Positions 13,340-26,180 of a stretch of 64,000 nt of DNA are shown here, one piece after another. The notes beneath the pieces were generated by a model that ran no database searches, was not told the DNA's origin, and saw only the letters and a program-made list of their open reading frames with translations. The DNA lies in the NCBI RefSeq assembly GCF_963676685.1, contig NC_092357.1, positions 61,566,001 through 61,630,000 of the forward strand, read 5' to 3'. A program made the position numbers and the translations under genes. Source of the DNA: Mytilus edulis (Eukaryota). Each line of letters starts with the position of its first letter. Position 1 is the first letter of the stretch.

Positions 13340-14262
13340 TTGAGAACAGTTAAAATACTTAACGGCTTCGCTTAGTGCAGCTGGATACACCCGCAGAGGT
13401 CCAACCATGAATATTGTGTCAAAAATTGACACAATATTCAAGCTTAATACAGGTCTGAATTTAGATTGTGATTAAATATTTGACAAATTACAGGTGTCTG
13501 AATAAATGTAGTCAAAGAAGTTGAAATTGGTCATATGAATTGAATTTATATATTCAATTAAATATATCTTACTGTTGCGCAATACTTAGTAAATTTGTTG
13601 TCAGACTATAAACAAAAAAAAAATCAATTTCTTCTCAATGTAATATTTGAAATTTATGAAAATCAATAGGGAGATTACATCAATAGCTATACATAATTCA
13701 CCAAAGTTTCACGAGAACTGCTGAAAGCATTTTTGAGTTATTGTCCAAAAACTGGAAAATGGCCCCTCTTTTACTGAATAAAACCCCCAGAACTCATAAA
13801 TGTACTATCTATAATTTATAAAAGTCTATACGGAGCTTACATTAATAGATATAAACCATTCAACAAAGTTTCACGAGAACTACTGAAAGCATTTTTAGTA
13901 ATTGTCATAAAAGTGGAAAATTCACCCATTTTTATGAATAAAACCCTGTAACTCTGAAACGTAAAATTTCAAATTAAAAAAAATCAATATATATAAACAA
14001 TTAACCAAAATTTCTTGCAAATTGGTGAAATAATTACTTGAGTTATTGTCGGAAAACTGGAAACTCTCCCTTCTTGAACGAAAAACACCCGAAATCTCGG
14101 AAACGTTAAAGCTGAAATTAATAAAAAAAACCCGAAAGGGAGCTCATGTCAAAAGTTTCATGTATATTTTAGTGCTTTTGAGTTAATGTCCGACATGTTG
14201 ACGACGAACGGACAGACGATCTATAATAAACCATAACACGTCCGTAAACGGCGTATAAAAAT
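13340..14262. mobile_element. Non-autonomous Helentron/HINE-like element with central ~165-bp tandem repeats
   Basis: About 3 diverged copies of caaagtttcacgagaactgctgaaagcatttttgagttattgtc, then a gacggacag-type microsatellite and a short hairpin before ggcgtataaaa. Boundaries approximate. Confidence 0.5.
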
Positions 14263-14264
14263 TT

Positions 14265-14850
14265 GCCGTGGGGAATTTTTGATGAATTATAGAAGAGGGA
14301 TGGTAGGGTCACCCTATCCCAACTTTGGACCTCAATCGACAATATTTCGTAACTTTACCTACCTGGGTCTGTTGGTCCAGGCCACCTTAACCAATTGCCT
14401 ATATTTTGTACCTAGTGTGGATAAAAGCTTTGCCATAGGGACTTTTTTATGATTTGAAGTTTGGAGGTGATGGGGTCACCCTACCCCAACTTTGGATTTC
14501 AATTAAAAAATCTCCGTTACTCTACCCACCTGAGTCTTTAGGTCCAGGCAATCTAAGGCAATTGCCTTTCATGTGTTTCTCGTGTGGACATAAACTTTGC
14601 CGTAGGGACTTTTAGAACCCCAACTTTAAGCTTCAATTAAAAAATTTCCGTAACTTTCGTCCAGGCAAACTAAGACAACTGCCTATCAATTGTACCTAGT
14701 GTGTACAAAAGCCACTTTGTCGTAGGGACTTTTTTTATGAATTAAAGTTAGAAGGTGGTGGGGTCACCCTATTCCAGCTTTGGACGTCAATTAAAAAAAT
14801 CCGTTACCTTACCCACGTGGGCCGTTGGTTCCAAGCAACCTTAGGCGTTA
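14265..14850. repeat. Satellite-like tandem array, ~165-170 bp unit, ~3.5 diverged copies
   Basis: ggggtcaccctaccccaactttgga recurs at ~14306, ~14472 and ~14760, with a partial copy at ~14617. Confidence 0.75.
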
Positions 14851-16932
14851 CGATTAATCAAAAGCTTTAAATCAATTCATATTTCGTTCCATTTGTGTGT
14901 CACCCTTACATAAATCCCTATTCCTATCGAAATTTATTTAAAAGATTTACCGGTTTCTAGACATAATTTGGAATAAAAAATAAAAAGTAGTTTATAGTCA
15001 GAAAGCTGCGTGTAGTTATTAGCTTTTACTTCAATTTGATATATTATATGACAACAAAATGCTGTATTTGTCGTTCCTTGACTAATCTGTTTTATTTTAT
15101 TTTATTTTTAAACTAATATATAAAGCTTGATAATTTAATTGTATAAAATATGAACTATCATGTATATTAATTGTTTCATTATTATAGAGACTACAAACCC
15201 ATCTTTGATAAAAAAATAACACTTAAAAGAGAAGGGATTAGCTAAAGGGAACTTTTAAAATCGTATAAGAGATACCCGGCTGTCAATTTTTTTTCTAGAT
15301 AAATGAATTACTAATCAAATTTGTATTTGAGAGAATAAATTACATTTCGTCTTCCTTCTGAAAACGAGTGTCGATTGATAGATTTCAAAGAACGTTTCTG
15401 TTTAATGTAAGTCTTTATTTTTAGGCATTGTTCGCTGGCTTATTGTTCACTAACTTGAGTCTGATATTATGTATCATAACGAAATCGGAGATCCAAAACG
15501 ATAGACAACGGTATACCATAATTCGTTCAGTCTAAAACAGAGTAGTATAAAAAAGATAAAGCGGAAATCTTGAACCATTATTTTTTCTGATGTTTAGTTG
15601 AGAGTAATAAAGTGGTACTTTTCAACGAAACTGTTAATCTGACAGAGGTAAAGTAATTGCAGGAAATCTAAAAAAGAATTCTTCAATTATAACAGGGACC
15701 CCTGTAATTGAGGGGGTGAACATGGGATGACTCCCACTTCCCTCCTCATGCCTATTTTGTGGTGAGGCATGAATCATTCCCTTTTCACTACCCTCGTCAT
15801 CTGGGTCCCGTCCGAATCTCCATTCCCTCCAACATACCTCCAACTCATTCCCATGCATGCTTCGATTCCAGAATTGTGTCCACCAAGTGGCAGATCTAGA
15901 TCTGGGGGGGGGGGGGGGGGGGGGGTTAGGGGTTAAAATTCCCCTTTTTTAGACGACAAATCATTTGGATGAAACATATATTTGGAACTCCTCCCCTTTA
16001 CTCCTGCCCCTGCACCCGTTCATATTTGTATCATATACTGCACTGTCATATATCTTATAGTATCTGTATGTATCATAAGAAATACTGCGACTTTTTTTAA
16101 GCAAAATGCCAAAAATAATAAAATGAATGAAATGGATACAACCTCGAGGGTACAACATAATCTAAATGAAACCATATAAGGGAAATCTTGATTATTAATT
16201 AAAGACATTTTCATATTTATTAATAACCACTTATAAAGCTAGTATTTAGGTAGACTGAACTAACGTGTAACAAACCTTCGATCGGCCAGATTGTCTCAAA
16301 ATATACAGACTGGTGTAATCAATGGTGAAGTGGTAATTAGAAAAATGTAAATATCATAATTATGATAAATTAAATGACATGATAATTATAAAATTTAAGA
16401 GTTCATTTCTTTCTAATCAAAATTTTGTAAACGTTGTGTGGCGTTTGTTGCTGTTTTCTAAACGCTACAAAATTAGAAACAAATACATCGTTTAATATGT
16501 GTTTACTGACCCTGTGTGAACTTCCAATAATGCATGCACATGTTGTTGGTAAACAGACTTTTTACAAACGTAGAAACAAATACATCGTTTAATCAAGGTA
16601 GAATTAGAAACAAATGTAGTGTTTGTTCTAACAAACGACGAACGACAAACTATAGTTCTCCTCTTATATTTAATGCGTTTCCCTCGGTTTTAGTTTGTTA
16701 TCCCGATTTTGTTTTTTGTCCATGGATTTATGAGTTTTGAACAGCGGTATACTACTGTTGCTTTTATAGACGCATTTTTAGCGAGTGCACTATAGTTTTT
16801 CGTCGGCATACAGTTCTGGAGATTCATTCTAAAACCATTGAATTGCAATTGACCTTAATTATATAATTTTTTAATATAAATTCCCTGATTGATAATTAAT
16901 GATTGAATACTTAATGATTTAATATAGATAAC

Positions 16933-17025
16933 CTGATGGAGAACTTAGTCGATTCTCAGATAGGGGTGTTTGGAATCGTCTGCTGCAGGTATCGGAAATT
17001 TAGGAAATTTGACCTACTTGGTCAA
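16933..17025 (-). other. Candidate 93-nt phase 1-1 exon carrying an in-frame TAA
   Basis: atattcag|...CAG|gttatc. Same length and phase as the linker exons. Reads (V)DQVGQIS*ISDTCSRRFQTPLSENRLSSPS. Confidence 0.3.
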
Positions 17026-17270
17026 CTGAATATTTCGTTTCTTTATATTGTTGTTAAAAGAAAGGAAAAAAGGAATACCTATTATAGCCTTTAGTCACTT
17101 ATAATTTCGTTATACATTTGATGTCCATTTAAATGCGCTTTTGTTTAAATAAAGCAATGAATTGTGTCTTTTGGACACCATCCAAATTTTATCACATGAC
17201 CCTTTTGCTTTACACTATAAAAGATATTTTTGCAATATACATATGCATTGTGTGTAAAGTTTTTAAACTA

Positions 17271-17420
17271 GAGGGACGAAAGATACCAAAGGGACAGTTA
17301 AACACATAAATCGAAAATAAACTGACAACGACATGGCTAAAAATGAAAAAGACAAACAGACAAACAATAGTACACATGACACAACATAGAAAAACTAAGA
17401 ATAAACAACACTTTCACCAA
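17271..17420 (+). repeat. Dispersed repeat (agagggacgaaagataccaaagggacag family), truncated copy
   Basis: Near-identical to 40021-40150. Further copies at ~42270 and, inverted, at ~1280-1390, ~4240-4450 and ~50915-51025. Confidence 0.75.
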
Positions 17421-18239
17421 AAATATAAGATTTTAAATTAACTGGTTTTAAAAAAAAAGTAGTAAAATAACAAATATAACAAATTTCGAGGAATATTACA
17501 AAAAACCACATCAAACGTACGGACAACAATTGTCATATTCCTAACTTAGGACGAGCATTTTTTTTTATGTAGAAATGGTGGATTAAACCTAGTGTTATGG
17601 CTAACTAAACTTCTCATATGTATTAAGTCGAAAGAAATGCCATTATTTTGACAACGATGTGTGAACAAAACAAACAGACATATTAGGTAGAATTGTCAAA
17701 AGTAGGAGAATAACAATCAACTTTATCATATAATCTTAATCACTTTAAAACAAACAAATATGTGAAAAAGAAACACAAAAAGACATATAGATTAAGCACA
17801 TTAGTAAAAATAAAGACAGAATGACAAAACAAAAACAACAAAATATAGCACAATAACAAAATGACGGGATGTATAAACACATATCTACGTTATATGTAAC
17901 AAAGACACACAAATCGCTCAGAGACAAAGCACATAAGCAAAAATGAAAGACAAGAAAAAAAAATACTCACATTTTCATGTTCAGTGAACAATTTTTAAAA
18001 AGGAATGAATACCATAATTTGAAATAAAACTGAAAAGGTTCATATCCTTATGATATGCCTTTGTAATTTGATGTTACTATAACTTCATGATAAACTGGCG
18101 CAAAGACCAACAAACTATTTTCTATAGGGATAAAACGTGCATTTCAGTCATTGTTTGAAATAATACATCGCATACTACGGTTTTTATGTTATACAAATTA
18201 ATTCCATATTAAAGATTTTTTTTATCGAAAAAGACTTAC

Positions 18240-18521
18240 CTTTGATGTCACGCCACACGTCTGTACTTGGTAAGCTTCGTACTGATTTCTTTATCACGGT
18301 ACAAATTGTTAAATGGATGAATTTATCTGCAGAATTTAATGATATGCTGCAATTTTGATATTCTGGAGAAACCAACTTTTCTTTAGGAGCTTTACCGTCG
18401 CTTGTAGAATATTGAATCATAAAATTCTCTGTTCGAAAAAAGGTCTGCGGTGGAATTGACCATGTTACCTGAACACTTCTCCCATTTGTGACTGCATTGA
18501 TATGCTGGGGAGGCATTGGTC
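18240..18521 (-). CDS. FN3 exon following SEA (282 nt, phase 1-1)
   Basis: tttttatag|...|gtaagt. Encodes PMPPQHINAVTNGRSVQVTWSIPPQTFFRTENFMIQYSTSDGKAPKEKLVSPEYQNCSISLNSADKFIHLTICTVIKKSVRSLPSTDVWRDIK, with the FN3 PP..V.W..P..Y pattern. Confidence 0.85.
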
Positions 18522-18651
18522 CTATAAAAAAACATAACTGTGTTTTAACATAGTAAATTGGAGAAATAGAAACATTCTTTCGAAAATATCTTCTACACCT
18601 AATTGTGGCCTGATAAGGCAATAAGAACTTATTCAAAATATTCATACTCAC

Positions 18652-18803
18652 TGTTTAATGTTACGAATTCAAATCCTTTGGTTGATGTCTTAAACTTTCC
18701 GAAGACACCTCTCTTCAGGCGTTTTTCAAATGCTTCCCGTAATGCAGTTTCTTCATCATAACCCTCAGACGCAATGATGATTACAACATACACCGACCCA
18801 GGT
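18652..18803 (-). CDS. SEA domain, C-terminal half (152 nt, phase 2-1)
   Basis: tttttttaag|...|gtgagt. Encodes PGSVYVVIIIASEGYDEETALREAFEKRLKRGVFGKFKTSTKGFEFVTLN, resembling the perlecan SEA C-half (VFVELDVGSEG...TSPQGFQF). Not in the ORF track. Confidence 0.85.
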
Positions 18804-21516
18804 CTTAAAAAAATTTAATATGTTATGATTTATCTGTTGTTTTATCATTATACTGTACAGCAATAGTTTACTTTTCCCCTGGGATATTGCTTTTTTTATC
18901 TGCATTGTCGCATTTGTTGACAGTAACCATGTTAACATTGAGAACTTACCATGGTTGAAGCTAAATAGAGTATAAACAGATGTAGTATAAGTGGCAATGA
19001 AAATTATTCAAGTAGGCAAACCAAAGGTAAAATTTATATAGAATCGAGAAACGAGAAACACTTATGAACTAATCAACAAACGACAGTCACTCATCAACCA
19101 TAATTATGTAAACAAATGCAGTAGGTTCAAACGTTTAACAGGCGCCAACCTTCGCTCTAACATAAAGTAGTAGCACGGTGGGTAAGGTTGTCCTGTAAGA
19201 GAACGTTATGTGCTGATGGTTCGGTTCCCACTGGTGCTTGTGGGTCCTGATTCTGTGCTGTTGGGTTTGTTTACATTGTATCAGAATGGTGATAAAACAA
19301 CAGTTACGTGCTTAATTTTTCTCTGATACGTAAGTACCATGCAAATAATTAATACTACAACAATTTTTTATTGCAAATGTCGTGTAACTTCGCCATACAA
19401 AAACATTGTCCTGATGACGTGCTGGTAATTAGGAAAACGGTCCTGGGTCTGTACTCCTATGTCCTGGTACTGTGCCTTTACAATTTAGTTAAAAGTGGTA
19501 AATATTCAATATCATTGATGCTTAACTGTTATTGACTAATTAGCTGTTATCTGTTTTCTTAAAATTGACATTGTTGTGAATCTGTTTACGGTTATTGGAA
19601 AAAAAATAACCCCTAATTTTGTAATTTACTGTTTTCTCATTCATGATGATTAAAAACGCTGTTATCGGTTATCAATATTTGAAATTATTTGTAATCTTAT
19701 CTATTGACCTGTTAATGGAACATCTCTTTCCTCTTTGTAAAATAAAAAAAAATGTGTTTACGATTTTCGGGATTTCGATCCTTTTGCATGATCACCAAAA
19801 TACGTTGTAAAAAATACAATACCTATATAAAAAAATGATGTGGTATGTTTGTCAATGGACAAATTTCCAATTAGAAACCAAAGGCTGTATGTGTTAACAA
19901 CCATATGTCATTGTATGACCTTCTACAATGACCCGAAAAATCAAAATGTAAAACGTTTTGCATAAAAATCGAGAGCATAAATATAGAACAAAGGACTTTT
20001 TTCTAATAAAATAAAAAAATGGAAACGGAGATGTGTCAGAGACAACAACATGGCAAAACAACAGACAACAGTCGAAGGCCACCAATGACTTTTCAACACA
20101 GATAAAAAACATTGCCGCACCTGAGGCGGGCTTCAGTCGCCCCTCAAACATGTAATCAAGTTCACAGAAAATGGACGTCCTACTCAACTTTACAACATAT
20201 ACAGACATTTATTCAAATAGAAAACTCTCTAAAATCAGTTTTTCTCACATTACTACTCATTTATCAGAATCATAGTCTTAAAGAAATCACTCTAATGTTT
20301 TCTTTACTATACATTTTATACCCCCTCCCCTGATTCAATTTTTTAAATAATTTGAAAACAAGACTTTAATTATTGCCAGCCTACCCTATTTGCATATTTT
20401 CGGATATAAAATGCCTAGAACCTGTTTTAAACTGTTTTGATAACACATTGAAAGCATATCAGAATACTATAAAATTTATGTAATGTTTAGCAGTCAATCA
20501 TTACAACATTCAAGATTATATAAAGTATCCAATCCAGCCTCTGTCTCCAGTCCACATCTTACTGTATGCCTATTTGTCAATTAAAGAACACATTTTCTGC
20601 CTCAAATGGTCAATTTAGAATTCTTGTCACAACAGTATCATCTGTAACTATATTTCTGGCACAATTTAGCTAATATATATACTAGAAGTGTTCAAACAAA
20701 GCCATATTTGCAATAGTTGTATGTATGCAGATACCAGTCTGAGATATAAATTCACTTAAAATGTTGTAGAGATGACTGCTAACATCAAATTTTTGCATAA
20801 CTTTCAATCATAGTTATTGTTTTCTATATCAAGAACTTTAAAATCATAAAACCATAGCATTTACAAGTTAAATTATTTGTTTTATGACCCAAGGGGTAGG
20901 CTATTGTCTATGTTTTTTCCCCTGGGGCCTAAAATTTCCTAAATCATTCTGCTGTTTCTAGCAATTTGGAATATTTAGTACATATTCAGGAAAGAACACA
21001 CTATTGTAAGTTTTTCTTGAGATATTTTTGTTTTTCTACATTTGTAGCTTGTATTTATTATGCCGTGGTGACAAAAAAGCAGATTTAGGTGTTGCGGCTA
21101 ACTTTTTGGTTATCGAAAGGACACAAATACCCCATAAATAATATTCAGAAAGGATCTATGAGTTTCAATGACTGCGAAGAGTAAATATAAGCACTTTATA
21201 ACAATTTAACTTACAAATATGCAAATATTATGAATTAATTTTGTATCCAGGACTTTAAGTAAACTATGCATACTGTAAACTGTGAATTTATGCTGAGTCA
21301 TCATATTTAAGGCCCAGGATTCTAAAATTTTATATTTGATTTAATTTCTTTAAAATCTGTGAAATAAAGCAAATTCGGTTAATTTCTGAATGTTCCCCTG
21401 TTTCACCCTATATAGGTTGCATTTCTGTAAATATTGACAATGCAATTTCCCATTGAAACTCTTTTTACGGCTAAAACTGTACCACTTTTACTATGAAGTT
21501 TTGAAAAAAATCTTAT

Positions 21517-21897
21517 CTGGGTCGATGCCACTGCTGGTGGACGTTTCGTCCCCGAGGGTAACACCAGCCCAGTAGTCAACACTTCGGGTAACACCAGCCC
21601 AGTAGTCAACACTTCGGTGTTGACATGAATATCAATAATGTGGTCATTTTTTTTTTATAAATTTCCTGTTAACAAAAGTTTAAATTTTTCGAAAAACTAA
21701 GGATTTTCTTATTCCAGTCATAGATTTCCTTAGCCGTATTTGGCACAACTTATTGGAATTTTGGATCCTCAATGCTCTTCAACTTTGTTATTGTTTGGCT
21801 TTATAAATATTTTGATATGAGCGTCACTGATGAGTCTTATGTAGACGAAACGCGTGTCTGGCGTACTAAATTATAATCCTGGTACCTTTGATAACTA
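21517..21897 (+). mobile_element. Retrozyme-like (~380 bp) non-autonomous retroelement monomer containing a hammerhead ribozyme
   Basis: Contains a type I HHR core and an internal 30-bp tandem duplication (21557-21616). Imperfect aat(c)ttatc direct repeat at the flanks. A second partial copy lies at 24408-24537. Confidence 0.75.
21821..21864 (+). ncRNA. Minimal type I hammerhead ribozyme
   Basis: gcgtca-CTGATGA-gtc ttatgta gac-GAAA-c gcgt g-TC-tggcgt. Stem I gcgtca/tggcgt, stem II gtc/gac, minimal stem III, GUC cleavage site after 21858. Confidence 0.85.
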
Positions 21898-22039
21898 ATT
21901 ATCCTAGAATTGAAAGTTCATATGCACAACAATTTTTTTCAAAGGTGAAAATATAGGGCTGTGCGGCATATTTTCAACGTTTATATGTCCTGAACTTCTC
22001 AGAGTTTAAACTAACACTAATATTCTTAACTACCCCTAT

Positions 22040-23740
22040 CTTTAGTCTAAGCCCTCCGTAGATATCGAAGATGACATTATTCCCGGAAATCCTTTTGATG
22101 CAATCTTTATATATACAGAGTCTATGAATTTGTCAAGTTTTATGTACATTGAAATAACAGGGGAGTCTGTCCAAAGAAGAAGACAGGAAGTGTACCCAAA
22201 TTCCTTTTAGTCACGTTTGTATCTACCTTATAACTAACTGTCTGCTTATTATTATGCAGATTGAGAGATCAGTGGGCTATCACCATTGTTCTGTGCCATT
22301 TTTCCTGAAATTTTGACAATTTTTAGCTGAAAAGTGACAAACCAAGCCTTTCGTAGATATCGAAGATGACATTATTCTCGCAAATCCTTTTGATACAATC
22401 TTTATATATACTAAGTCTATGAGTTCGTCCAGTTTTTTGTACATCGAAAGACCCTCATTTAAGAGGTCTCAGATAGGTTTTCACTATATATTTTGAATAT
22501 CAAACTGGCACTTTGGATGCTCCGTAAACTTGAAAGACAGGAAGTGTACCAAAATTCCTTTTAGTCACGTTTGTATCTTCCTATTGACTGAATGTCTGCT
22601 TAGTATTAGGCAGATTGAGAGATCATGTGGCTATCACGATTGCCCTGCGCTCTTTGTCCTAAAATTTTAGCTGAAAAGTGACAATATAAGCACTCCATAG
22701 ATATCGAATCTGACATTATTCTGGGAAATCCTTCTAATACAACCTTTATATATACAGAGTCTATGATTTGCTTCAACTCTATGGACATTGAAAGACCAGG
22801 GGATTCTGACCCGCATTTAAACGGTCTCAGGTAGGTTTTCACTATATATTTTGAATATCCAAGTGGCACTTTGGGCGCTCCGTAAACTTGAAAGACAGGA
22901 AGTGTACCCAAATTCCTTTTAGTCACGTCTGTATCTACATATTGACTAAATGTCTTATTAATATTAGGCAGATTGAGAGATCATGAGGCTACCATTGCCC
23001 TGTGCCCTTTGTCCTAAAATTTTGATAATTTAGCTGAAAAGTGACAATATAAGCCCTCCATAGATATCGAATATGACAATACTCATTGAAATCCTTCTAA
23101 TACAATCTTTATATATACAGAGTCTATGATTTGCTTTAATTCTATGGACATTGAAAGACCAGGGGGGTCTAACCCTTAGAGCGGTCTCAGGTAGGTTTTT
23201 ATTATATATTTTGAATATCCAACTGGCACTTTGGGCGCTCCGTAAACTTAAAAGACAGGAAGTGTACCCAAATTCCTTAAAGTCACAGTTGTATCTACCT
23301 ATTGACCTAATGTCTGCCTAATATTAGGCAGATTGAAAGATCATGGGGCTATTACCATTGCCCTGTGCCCTTTGTCCTAAAATTTTGATAATTTAGCTGA
23401 AAAGTGACAATATAAGCCCTCCATAGATATCGAATATGACATTATTCTGAGAAATCCTTCTAATACAACCCTTATATATATAGAGTCTATGATTTACATA
23501 AATTTTATGAACATTAAAAAAACCAGGGGGGTCTCACCCTCATTAAAGCGGTCTCATGTAGGTTTTCACTACATATTTTGAATATCCAACTATCATTTTG
23601 GGCGCTCCGTAAACTTGAAAGACAGAAAGTGTACCCAAATTCGTTTTAGTCACGTGTGTATCTACCTATTGACTAAATGTCTGCTTAATATAAGGCAGAT
23701 TGAGAGATCATGGGGCTATCACCATTGCCCTGTGCCCTTT
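22040..23740. repeat. Tandem array, ~360-bp unit, ~5 copies
   Basis: aagccctcc(a/g)tagatatcgaa recurs at ~22049, 22343, 22688, 23051 and 23414. gacaggaagtgtacccaaattcc recurs with the same period. Confidence 0.9.
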
Positions 23741-23744
23741 TTGC

Positions 23745-24010
23745 AACTTGTATCAATCCACTTTGCGGGAAAGAGTGCTGCCTTTTAGCGGCGTTAGCTT
23801 GCTCTTTCCCGAAATCAACAATTTAGGGTGTCTTTTACCTGTAAAAGAAATATCTCTCTCTTAACACGGTTCAGCCATTTATCGTTCCCATCCGACGGAC
23901 TATCATCGTTTTCTCAAGACCATACTAGCAAATTGTGTTAAGGGAGAGCCCAAAATTCAGTTCCTGAAATTTTCATCCCGGATCGGGAATCGAACCAGGA
24001 ACCTTTGTGA
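23745..24010 (-). mobile_element. tRNA-derived SINE, 5'-truncated (possibly Meta-domain type)
   Basis: Minus-strand B-box GGTTCGATTCC near 23990, then a gatagtccgtcggatggg central block. The family assignment is from memory and uncertain. Confidence 0.5.
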
Positions 24011-24407
24011 TGCCTTGCAATGAGGATGCCCGCACTATATAAAAATAAAATAATAACGGACTACAGCAGTTGTTCGTTCAAATTAAATCCCTGACACAAA
24101 TGTTTGACTTAATTAAGTTAATTTAAGAACCTAACAAAATAGGGACATAGTCGCATTTGTTATCCTCGCTTATGATTATTCTGTTTCGATTGTTTTTGGA
24201 GAAAAACGAAAATAAAAGCGTACTGATATTGCTTGGGTCATAGGACGGACTTTTAAGTCATATACAAGACTTCCATTTACGACTGACTCAAAATACAAAT
24301 ATTCTAGTAAATTAAAAAAAAACAACCTTTAATTCCTAACTTGGTGAAAGTCAATTTTTTGGGTACCTGGGCTACACGAAATCCGGTATTAAACATATCT
24401 TCGGTTT

Positions 24408-24537
24408 CATAATGCTCTTCAACTTTGTACTTGTTTGGCTTTATAAATATTTTGATATGAGCATCACTGATAAGACTTATGAAGACGAAACGCGCGTCTG
24501 GCGTACTAAATTATAATCCTCGTACCTTTGATAACTA
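24408..24537 (+). mobile_element. Partial retrozyme copy with a degenerate hammerhead
   Basis: Aligns to 21768-21897. The core reads CTGATAA instead of CTGATGA, and stem II is gac/gac. Confidence 0.75.
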
Positions 24538-26059
24538 TCTGTAAGCGTTAAAAATACGATTTCTTTTAGACGCATGGATTTGGTACATAATTATGTTTAT
24601 TCATACAATATAACTCATGCAAGCCATATATTATTACAAGTTTCAAGTGGCCTTGGTCGGTATATTGGAATTTGAATTTTATTTGGTATCTGAGCTACAG
24701 GAACCAATATCAAACATTCCTTCCGTCTCTGAAAGTGATAAAAACTTAATTACTTGGGACCCCTGCAACAATTATATTATCATTTTTTTATTTAAAAAAT
24801 AATTCATGTAAGCTTAGGATTTGTTGAAACGTTCACATTCCTGCCGTGGGTCGTTATATTGGAATTTTACCCTGAACGTAAGCAAGGGATACAATTCCAA
24901 TATAATGACCATGTGAAAATTAAAATAAATCTATGGAATGAATTACTAGTATTTTGATTCTTATATGGTTCATATACTACAAATATACATCCTCTTGATT
25001 TGCATCCAATATTTTGAACTTGAAAAATTCAAAATAATATATTGACGTCAGTTTATTTTTAAGATACATTTGATACATTTACTGAAATCCTGTCGTACAA
25101 TATTTTTTAAATCATCTTTTAGCAGTTAATATATTTTCAACCACGCTCTTAATAGAGGTTTCTCAACATCTTAAGAACGGACGAAACTTTACAAATGTAT
25201 CGTTAAGGAGCAGTTATACATGTATTGTTATTATAAAATCCACGATAAATGTTTACCGATATTGCAGTGTTAAATGTGTTTAAATACAACAGTTAACAAT
25301 TGCATAGTCTTTTTGCAACCTTGCATTTTATATTTGTTAAACATCGGTGTTCCAATTTATTTTCTGTCGTTGAATGTTGCGTATTCTATGTTGCGTTTTG
25401 TTTGTTTACATGTTCGACTTATCCATTTAAAAAGAACATTGTCAGTTCGTAATGTAGTTAAAACAATCATCGCGTCTGGTTTACATTTCATGTGACTGAT
25501 TGTTGGATGTTTAACGTTCTGTTGTAAGTAGTTCATGCTTGTAACGACGACAATAGCGTTTGTAAAAGTCATAGAGTTTTGTGTATTCTTGTTGAAAGTA
25601 AGAGTGCTACAGAAACAACAAAACTGATAAATACATAGTTTTTAAAAGGAAAATTCTCTTTAAACTCCATTCCCAAAGTATACAGAAAAAAGTAGAAAAA
25701 TAAAAACCGAAGAAGGCATATACATTCCATCAAAACTCCACGAAAAAAAAAAACAAAAAAAAAACACAAAATAGTTATATATATATATTTCTCTAATTCT
25801 TCGTCAATATATCCCTTTCTGCACCCATTGTATAAAAAAATTTAATCAACGTGTGGTTCGTTTGATCTCAGTACTTCATTGGTAAAATCCGATTATGACG
25901 TCGAATGTTCTTGCTTTCCTCTGAAATTCTTATTGTGACGGTATGAAAAAAGGCGACCATGCCCAATGACGTCACATAGAAAGAACACATCTTTTTGCAG
26001 ATCATTGGAAAAGAAAGAATAAGTTTGCCTGCATAATGTTAGAAAATCATTAGAGAAAC

Positions 26060-26180
26060 AGATTCTACCACCAAATCTCGTGTAATATGATATTTATCCA
26101 CTCTCGACAGTTAAATTTTAAATATATAACCGTCGAGAGTGGATAAATATCGTATTTCACGAGATGCAGTGGTAGAATCT
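26060..26180. repeat. ~120-bp imperfect palindrome
   Basis: agattctaccacc...tatttatccactctcgac(agtta...taacc)gtcgagagtggataaata...gtggtagaatct. Confidence 0.85.

Noticed and set aside
15904-15925. Poly-G run as a functional G-quadruplex
   Set aside because: Lies inside a small cagtggc-type MITE remnant. No evidence of function, and homopolymer length is unreliable.
16020-16214. Hydrophobic stretch VVSISFILLFLAFCLKK as a possible transmembrane exon
   Set aside because: Only ~15 hydrophobic residues. The nearest AG/GT give phase 2-0, incompatible with the phase-1 neighbours. T-rich intron DNA produces such peptides by chance.
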